Of a stretch of 64,000 bases of DNA, positions 57,835 to 64,000 are shown piece by piece. Location of the stretch: positions 32,182 through 96,181 of the IMG/VR virus record IMGVR_UViG_3300045988_047044; one strand, given 5' to 3'. This DNA comes from a virus. Within the stretch, counting starts at the first letter, position 1, and every line of letters begins with the position of its first letter. The notes under the pieces are model-generated. The model was not told the DNA's origin, did no database searches, and was given only the letters and a program-made list of their open reading frames with translations. The position numbers and the translations under genes were made by a program.

Positions 57835-60831
57835 CTACTCTGTAAGGTCTCTTGGCAAATCTCTCTCTCTAGCCTTAGCTGCTTTCTCTGCCTTACCTGG
57901 TATAGAATGATTAGCTGCTGTTCTAGGATTACCTAATTTACCTTGATACCATATACCAACTTCAGGAGCACCTTCATGAATAGCATCCCACCTTTCTGGA
58001 CTGTATAATGTTAACTTAGTAGGAGCATCAGTATCATGTACTACATGTATGGATTGTCTAGGTCCCCAACCTACATTATTGGGCAATGGCTCAACTGAAG
58101 GAGTCCCTTTATCTATAGCCTTACTAATTACTCTAGCTCTAGCCCATTTATTACCACCAACAGCCATATCTTTTACTGGCTTTAACTTAGGTCCAAAGTT
58201 ACGCATTCCAAATCCACCTGCCAAATTATCTATGTTAAAGAAATCTGCAACTACCGGATTCATTCCTGTAGTCTTAGAGAGCATATCAGCCCAGTCTTTA
58301 TATTTGTCATTACTAGCTACATTAGTTATCTTATTAACTGCTTCATTACCTGCATATCCACCTGCTACTGATAATGGTCCAAATATTGCACCTGTTAATA
58401 ATGTACTAACATAAGGTGCGGCTTCTCTCCTTCCTCTATCTACAGCTCCTGCTAGATTTATATTTCTAGGAGTAACTGTTACTTCTGGTAAAGTTACATT
58501 ATTCATACCATTCTCATTATTAACTGGCAATACTATATTACCTCTCTTATCATAACCTCCCATATATTTAATAGGTCGAGCTGGATTCTTGTATTTAATA
58601 ATCATACCATTCTCACCTTTAGGAATACCATTATATACCCCAGTAAGTACTTTAGCATAATTAGTAGCTTCTGCATATCTTCTCTTACCTTTATTAGAAC
58701 CTGTAAGCTTAGCTACAAACTTATTAATATCATCATTCTCATCAAAGTCATATAGTCTCTTTAGGAATTGTACCTTATCTGCTGCATACTCATCCATAGA
58801 ATTATAAGACCTAAACTTCTGCTTAATAGCTTCACCTTTAGCATTCTTATCATTACCAGTTACATAATCACCTTTCCATGAACTACCAGTAGTTAAATTG
58901 CCAAAGTTGTACTTACCTTGTGCAGACCTACCCCAACTAGATTCTAATGCGTCTTGTGCTAATAACATTCTAATTGCATTATCATTAGTAATACCTGCCT
59001 TCTTATAGGCATTAATAAGTTCTGTAGACCATTGCTTTCTGTTAGTATATGGACTCTTCCAAGTTGAGTTGGCAGTTTTAGTAACAGGTTTATCAGTAAC
59101 AGATTTACTAGCTACTGGCTTATTAATTACTGGCTCTGCTATAGGATTATTAGCTACTACATCAGGTTCATTAGTATCTCTTACTGGTACTACTAATGCT
59201 TCCGGCTTATCGTAAACTGTATTAAAGTTATATTCACTGAATGGATTAATAGGATTAGTAATATCAGTGTAATCTATTGTAGGATTACTTACTGGATTAT
59301 AACTTACGAACTTCGTTCCTTGTTGAGCTTTCTTGATTCGCTTCTTATAGGTTGGGCGACTTGATTTGATGAACTTCTTACGCATATCCCTCTTACCGTT
59401 AATCTCTTCTTGTTTCTTTAGCAGAGGGGACTTCTTAAAATCAAATCTTCCACCATGTGCCATAGTTACCAATTCCGGATTTCTAACAGACTTACCTTCA
59501 ATCCATATAGGATTAGATTGCTGTAATATGAAAGGACGACCTACTTTATCCATTAATGCAGCTTGTTTAGTAAGCCTAACTTGGTTAGCAGTATTAGGAG
59601 AATCATTCCACCTCTTAGCATAGTCAGCAGGATTAAATTTCCACATATCTTGAGAAGTCTGTCTTAATTTACCTTTGTTCATTTGAAACTTAACCAAGTG
59701 TCCAGCAACATCATCAATAGGACCTATATAATCAGTTCCTGGCTGCCTAAAGGTCATGAACTCTTTATCTCCCATACGCATTACTGGTTCAGCTTCCTTA
59801 CCAATAATTTTACCAATCGGATTCTTTCCTGCGTATTCTGTAAATTCAGAAGCTTCTTGAAATTTCAATGGCCTACCAGAGGGTACTACTGCACTCATTT
59901 CGTATCTTCTGTTATATATCCCAGGATAAAGCTGCTCATATCTATCGCCATGACTAAATCCTCTCCTTGCTTCATTACGGCTAATAGGTTTGATATTACT
60001 AGTAGCTTTATTAAAGAACATTCTTTTAACTACTGGATTCTCATCAAATATATATTTAGCTAATAGATTCCTGCCTTCTAAATTTCCTCCACCTAGTATT
60101 GAAGAACCTGTGTAGTCGGCTGGCATTGTTTTTATATCTTGCAAACTTACTGATGCATTACCGTTAGTTCTCTTGGCAGCTTTATAAGCAGCCACTTTTA
60201 ATGGTAATTTCTCTACCTTAGATAGAAATGGAGTAATTCTGTTAGCTGTTGCCATTGCTATATTAGAAGGAGTCCTTGCTTCCTTATTAAATATCCAATG
60301 ATTCTTGTTAATAGGATTCCAAGCTAGGTCAGCGTCACCTTTAATTGATTTAGTTATTAACTTGTCCTTTCCAATCTTATATCCTTTAGCACCACCATAC
60401 CAAGCTCCTGGATTAGTATAAACTCCAATTTCAGACGGAATGCCAGTCTTATTTTCTAACCAGTTACCCCAGCCCCCGGTAAGCTTATCCACAGTCATAT
60501 TACCTAAAGCTCCTCCTACAACAGCGGCTGGAGTTGTTACTAATGCAGCACCAGCTGCTGAAGGAAGTATAGTTCTTTCTATTCCAACTAGAGGATTAGT
60601 CTCGTTGGACATGGAAGCTTTGAATCTATCTCTAGCTCCTTTAATAGGATGCCAATAGTCTCTATTTCTTTCAGCAGCTGACCTGGTATCATTAGAAGGT
60701 TCTCCACCTAAATCTACAATGGAATACTGTCTAGGTTTAGCTTTAATAGGTTCATGAGTTTCTGGCCTAACTACTTTAGTATTATCGGACTCTATGGTAT
60801 TTCCTTGTTGTAGTTTAGGTATTACTTTCAT
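57835..60831 (-). CDS. large virion-associated protein with FlgJ-type glucosaminidase (peptidoglycan hydrolase) domain
   Basis: 998 aa; NAYKKAGITNDNAIRMLLAQDALESSWGRSAQGKYNFGNLT resembles the mannosyl-glycoprotein endo-beta-N-acetylglucosaminidase / FlgJ motif (AQAALESGWG); also Gly-rich segments. Confidence 0.55.
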   Translation of the reverse strand: MKVIPKLQQGNTIESDNTKVVRPETHEPIKAKPRQYSIVDLGGEPSNDTRSAAERNRDYWHPIKGARDRFKASMSNETNPLVGIERTILPSAAGAALVTTPAAVVGGALGNMTVDKLTGGWGNWLENKTGIPSEIGVYTNPGAWYGGAKGYKIGKDKLITKSIKGDADLAWNPINKNHWIFNKEARTPSNIAMATANRITPFLSKVEKLPLKVAAYKAAKRTNGNASVSLQDIKTMPADYTGSSILGGGNLEGRNLLAKYIFDENPVVKRMFFNKATSNIKPISRNEARRGFSHGDRYEQLYPGIYNRRYEMSAVVPSGRPLKFQEASEFTEYAGKNPIGKIIGKEAEPVMRMGDKEFMTFRQPGTDYIGPIDDVAGHLVKFQMNKGKLRQTSQDMWKFNPADYAKRWNDSPNTANQVRLTKQAALMDKVGRPFILQQSNPIWIEGKSVRNPELVTMAHGGRFDFKKSPLLKKQEEINGKRDMRKKFIKSSRPTYKKRIKKAQQGTKFVSYNPVSNPTIDYTDITNPINPFSEYNFNTVYDKPEALVVPVRDTNEPDVVANNPIAEPVINKPVASKSVTDKPVTKTANSTWKSPYTNRKQWSTELINAYKKAGITNDNAIRMLLAQDALESSWGRSAQGKYNFGNLTTGSSWKGDYVTGNDKNAKGEAIKQKFRSYNSMDEYAADKVQFLKRLYDFDENDDINKFVAKLTGSNKGKRRYAEATNYAKVLTGVYNGIPKGENGMIIKYKNPARPIKYMGGYDKRGNIVLPVNNENGMNNVTLPEVTVTPRNINLAGAVDRGRREAAPYVSTLLTGAIFGPLSVAGGYAGNEAVNKITNVASNDKYKDWADMLSKTTGMNPVVADFFNIDNLAGGFGMRNFGPKLKPVKDMAVGGNKWARARVISKAIDKGTPSVEPLPNNVGWGPRQSIHVVHDTDAPTKLTLYSPERWDAIHEGAPEVGIWYQGKLGNPRTAANHSIPGKAEKAAKARERDLPRDLTE

Positions 60832-61073
60832 TATTTATTCGATTTATCGTTATTGGTGAATCTCTTCCATATTCCTGTTACTGAATCTATGCCAAGCAAT
60901 CCCATACAACACAACAGGACTGTGTCTATCATTAATGGGGCTTGAATTACGTTTATTGCACAGTATATTAACACTCCCAAGCAGACAAACCACCCTACTA
61001 CTCCGCAGAGTCTCTTAGATGATATGCCAGAGTGGGATGTGAATACTTGCTTTAAGAATGTTACAAACTTCAT
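60831..61073 (-). CDS. small membrane protein (holin-like candidate)
   Basis: 80 aa with two TM segments (LCGVVGWFVCLGVLIYCAI; LLCCMGLLGI); its start overlaps the upstream stop by 1 nt. Confidence 0.35.
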   Translation of the reverse strand: MKFVTFLKQVFTSHSGISSKRLCGVVGWFVCLGVLIYCAINVIQAPLMIDTVLLCCMGLLGIDSVTGIWKRFTNNDKSNK

Positions 61074-61615
61074 TATATAATTACATTTATAGAAATATTA
61101 GCTGTGTCACCTCCTATATATGCCTGATTTATTGGTATTTCAGTAGTTACCCCAGATTGGCATACTGCATTATTTGTTACACTATCTGCATCTACAGTCA
61201 CCCTGTATGTACTGAAATATCCAGTGAACAATAATTTAGAGACATTAGTTAAATCAGTTGGTAAATCAAAGTGGAAGTTTCTGTCAAAGAAAGTTGCCCC
61301 TTGATAGTCTAGAGTTCCAGACCTAGGAATTGTTATAAACCCGTCTGGAACTCCATCTATGTAAACATCTGCTACAAAGTCATAGGATTTAGACGTGAGT
61401 GTAGAATTAGTTATTGAGACATGTACATTAAAATCATACGGGAATGTTGATAGCTGTACATCGTCTTCCTTAACTAATTGATTATTAGTGTAACTACCAT
61501 TAGCTTCTAGTCCGAAGAACTCTACTCTATCTCTAGTGGCACACTTGGTTGGAGTATTTGTACCTCCACCAGCTAAATTAATTAAATATTGTTCTGTTGC
61601 AATTTTATTTGTCAT
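61073..61615 (-). CDS. hypothetical structural protein
   Basis: 180 aa, Thr/Ser/Asn-rich and beta-rich composition. Confidence 0.4.
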   Translation of the reverse strand: MTNKIATEQYLINLAGGGTNTPTKCATRDRVEFFGLEANGSYTNNQLVKEDDVQLSTFPYDFNVHVSITNSTLTSKSYDFVADVYIDGVPDGFITIPRSGTLDYQGATFFDRNFHFDLPTDLTNVSKLLFTGYFSTYRVTVDADSVTNNAVCQSGVTTEIPINQAYIGGDTANISINVII

Positions 61616-61627
61616 TTTAAATACTTG

Positions 61628-61909
61628 CTATGTATTGTTTATACACATAACGGCAAGTAGACCCTGTACTGGTAGATTCTGATTAGTTCCTATAAAAAGT
61701 CTATCTGTTTCATAATTAGAATAGTAGTTCATAATCTTTGCATTATTTAATAGGAATGCTACGTAAGTATTACTTCCAATCACACTATTGCCAAACAAAG
61801 TTACAGTTCTTATAGTACCTGCTATAGGGTATACCACCATAGATGAAGCAGGAATATCTGGTGTAGCCGATGTGCTTTGACCATACATATTCATGATTGA
61901 TATACCCAT
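61628..61909 (-). CDS. hypothetical protein, probably longer at the N-terminus
   Basis: The frame stays open for 65 more codons upstream of the first ATG (to 62104) without any ATG, and this extension contains a C9 tract at 61995-62003. Confidence 0.35.
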   Translation of the reverse strand: MGISIMNMYGQSTSATPDIPASSMVVYPIAGTIRTVTLFGNSVIGSNTYVAFLLNNAKIMNYYSNYETDRLFIGTNQNLPVQGLLAVMCINNT

Positions 61910-62120
61910 TGTAGTGTCTGTAGTAGTGTTATTAAAGAATATTAGGGTGCTGCCGCTTAGTGAACCGTTTAATAAATCTATAGCGTCAGCAATACCCCCC
62001 CCGACGGTAGGTTATCATTGAACTGTTGCTTAGTAATGCATCTATTGTTCGCAACTCCGTCTAAGCTCAAGCCTTCTGCTCTGGCTTCAGCTGCTGTTAC
62101 TAATTCATTAGTGCTTTCCA

Positions 62121-62324
62121 TTATTCTTGATATTCTCTTAAATTACCAATTGTTACTTCAAATTCATCTGATTTCATGTAGGGTGATACATCTGCATCTT
62201 TAGCAGCTTCGTTCAAACAGAACATGTCTGAAGGAAACGATAGTGCCTTTACCCTTATTTGCTTAAGTAGTCTGGAGTGTTTGGCTTTAGACCAAACCCA
62301 GACGTCAAATATAAAATTTCTCAT
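62121..62324 (-). CDS. hypothetical protein
   Basis: 67 aa ORF. Confidence 0.3.
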   Translation of the reverse strand: MRNFIFDVWVWSKAKHSRLLKQIRVKALSFPSDMFCLNEAAKDADVSPYMKSDEFEVTIGNLREYQE

Positions 62325-62355
62325 ACTGCGATTAATGTACTTTAATTCTTAAATG

Positions 62356-62703
62356 TTAAGAATTTCTAAGTGTAGAAGCAGTCCACTTTTGATTGGAGCC
62401 TTTGTTAAGGCTAAAGTGCTGTAAACCACCTTGATTTACATTTACATATAACGTGAACATATTAGCTAACGGCACACCATATAGTGATACTGGAAGTGAT
62501 TGTGCTAAAGCACCTCCTCCACCAGTTACTCCATAGTACAGTAATTGAAATGGAATATTATTCGTCATATTAGACTTTACAGTGTCCATCACTGCCTGGT
62601 CTGAACTGTTTACTTCTAAGGTATCACTTCTAACTGTGCTAATTAAATCTTGTGTTGTTAAAACCAGGGTCTGAACCCCCCCCCATAGACTTGAGTGCGT
62701 CAT
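62356..62703 (-). CDS. hypothetical protein with C9/G9 tract at codons 7-10
   Basis: 115 aa; TGG GGG GGG GTT (WGGV) at 62686-62694. Confidence 0.4.
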   Translation of the reverse strand: MTHSSLWGGVQTLVLTTQDLISTVRSDTLEVNSSDQAVMDTVKSNMTNNIPFQLLYYGVTGGGGALAQSLPVSLYGVPLANMFTLYVNVNQGGLQHFSLNKGSNQKWTASTLRNS

Positions 62704-62763
62704 TCACTTGTTTAGTGGTAGGGCATTTGTTGTCTTCATTTTGAATTAAAGCCATGATTGTTA

Positions 62764-63144
62764 TTATTTAATAATTCTACGTTTAATTTGCACACCTCTC
62801 TTAGCTATTAGCATAGTATTACTTCTTTTGTTGTTAGCATTACTAGCGAAGGTATTATGCAATTTAGCTATCTCGTCATCATTAAGGGTATTAAACCCTG
62901 AAGGTATTTTAGCTCCCTTAGTTCTCATCTCTTGAATATCTGTACCTTTTAATTGCCTGTTGGGGTCAATATAATAGTTACCATTTGCATCTTTCATGTT
63001 CACATTAGCTCCTCTAAATCCTTGTTGTTGAACATTAACTCTGTCTGGATTGTCTTTATTCTCCTTGGGATTAGGTCTTGCTACTGTTCCTTGCTGTGCC
63101 TTAATAATCCCTCTTCCTTTAGTTGAGATTCTCATAATATCCAC
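62764..63144 (-). CDS. hypothetical basic protein
   Basis: 126 aa, Lys/Arg/Asn-rich. Confidence 0.4.
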   Translation of the reverse strand: MDIMRISTKGRGIIKAQQGTVARPNPKENKDNPDRVNVQQQGFRGANVNMKDANGNYYIDPNRQLKGTDIQEMRTKGAKIPSGFNTLNDDEIAKLHNTFASNANNKRSNTMLIAKRGVQIKRRIIK

Positions 63145-63512
63145 TTAAACCAGCCATAGCTAAACGTCTTCCTATTAAGCTCTGGATGTTCAGCTACATA
63201 TCTAGCTTCTCTCTCAAATGATATGTTTCTATAAGCAGTATGGGCATTACCGTTAGCTAGTAATTTAATAAACCACTCTATTACATACCATAAATAGAAG
63301 AATACTATTCCCATTTCTAACATCTGTTTTGTGTGAGTCTTCTCATGTGTAACTGTAGCTTGAGTCATTCTCTTTATATAATCCTCACTTCTAGTGAACA
63401 TAATAGCACAGATATTCATAAATGAATATCCTTTTACCGGAAGTAACGGATTGATAAAGAATAGCAATCCTTTAGATTTGTCGTACTTAAATTTCATAGT
63501 TAATGCTTCCAT
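63132..63512 (-). CDS. small membrane protein with HEXXH motif (putative zinc metallopeptidase)
   Basis: VTHEKTHTKQM (HExxH) with flanking hydrophobic segments; 126 aa. Confidence 0.4.
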   Translation of the reverse strand: MEALTMKFKYDKSKGLLFFINPLLPVKGYSFMNICAIMFTRSEDYIKRMTQATVTHEKTHTKQMLEMGIVFFYLWYVIEWFIKLLANGNAHTAYRNISFEREARYVAEHPELNRKTFSYGWFKWIL

Positions 63513-64000
63513 TTAGCGGCATTATCAACTATTGCAGAACACAGAATTAAAATAGTATCCATATCTAAATCTGACTTAAGTTGATTAACTGCCATACATA
63601 CTAATTGTATATTATCTATAGTATAACCTTTTGAGGGCATTATCTGGTCAATGCTAACATTCGTATAGATTCGACCTTCTCCTAATTCATAAGTCATGTC
63701 TAATCCAGAAATTGCACATTTGCCATTTTGTGCCTTCCATACGGTTAGTAAATCTTCTTTAGTAATAGTGAAAGGTATAGATTTGTCTATAGCTCTGGAT
63801 TTAGCTGCAAGCCAACGTGCTTGTAAAACCTTCTCTAGTTTAACGTCGTTATCATAAGTAGCTATAGCAGCTTTCCTTTGTTCTAGTTTACAGGAATTGC
63901 ACCTACACTCCTTATTCTGACGTAAAGTGTATTTGTTAGCCCCTGCATAAGTAAACTCACTAGGCTCTTTATATTCTCCACATATGTGGCATAAGAGCTT
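63500..64000 (-). CDS. HNH-family endonuclease-like protein (C-terminal part; 5' end beyond the window)
   Basis: The frame is open from the window edge to the stop at 63500. Manual translation gives ...CHICGEY...CRCNSC...NGKCAISGL...IDQIMPSKGYTIDNIQLVCMAVNQLK, resembling HNH/endonuclease-VII-type zinc-binding nucleases. Confidence 0.45.
   Translation of the reverse strand, partial: KLLCHICGEYKEPSEFTYAGANKYTLRQNKECRCNSCKLEQRKAAIATYDNDVKLEKVLQARWLAAKSRAIDKSIPFTITKEDLLTVWKAQNGKCAISGLDMTYELGEGRIYTNVSIDQIMPSKGYTIDNIQLVCMAVNQLKSDLDMDTILILCSAIVDNAAKWKH

Noticed and set aside
62101-62121. Mini-ORF ATG GAA AGC ACT AAT GAA TTA TAA (MESTNEL*), overlapping the stop of 62121..62324 as TAATG. First thought to be the start of the downstream structural gene.
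   Set aside because: It terminates after 7 codons and is out of frame with the 61628..61909 extension. It is probably coincidental.

Overview
This 64 kb window is an AT-rich segment of a large, tRNA-rich phage genome. A Bacteroidetes-type promoter (TTTG ... TAnnTTTG) in the switch region suggests a Bacteroidales host, possibly a crAss-like phage. Positions 89-51219 are almost entirely minus-strand genes. They comprise a replication and nucleotide-metabolism module: a P-loop ATPase, a DnaB-like helicase, an SF2 DEAD/DEAH helicase, a ferritin-like protein, RNase H, an AAA+ ATPase, a PurA/PurZ-like adenylosuccinate synthetase, a homing-endonuclease-like ORF and a vWA protein. The module also holds three paralogs of an unknown ~290 aa family flanking a 670 aa protein, an NfeD plus SPFH/flotillin pair, and a second vWA protein. 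About 28 minus-strand tRNA genes are interspersed, including an apparent amber-suppressor tRNA (anticodon CTA) and several atypical tRNA-like elements. A divergent switch region at 51220-51872 carries four direct repeats, GC-rich islands, a palindrome and a Bacteroides-type promoter. From 51873 to 56332 there is a plus-strand block of eleven small genes ending in a clear terminator. The window then returns to the minus strand with virion and lysis-like genes: a 998 aa protein with a FlgJ-type glucosaminidase domain, a small HEXXH protein and a partial HNH endonuclease at the window edge. Three 9-10 nt G/C homopolymer tracts lie inside coding sequences. All calls come from manual reading of the sequence and the ORF track, so tRNA boundaries and anticodons need confirmation with tRNAscan or Infernal.
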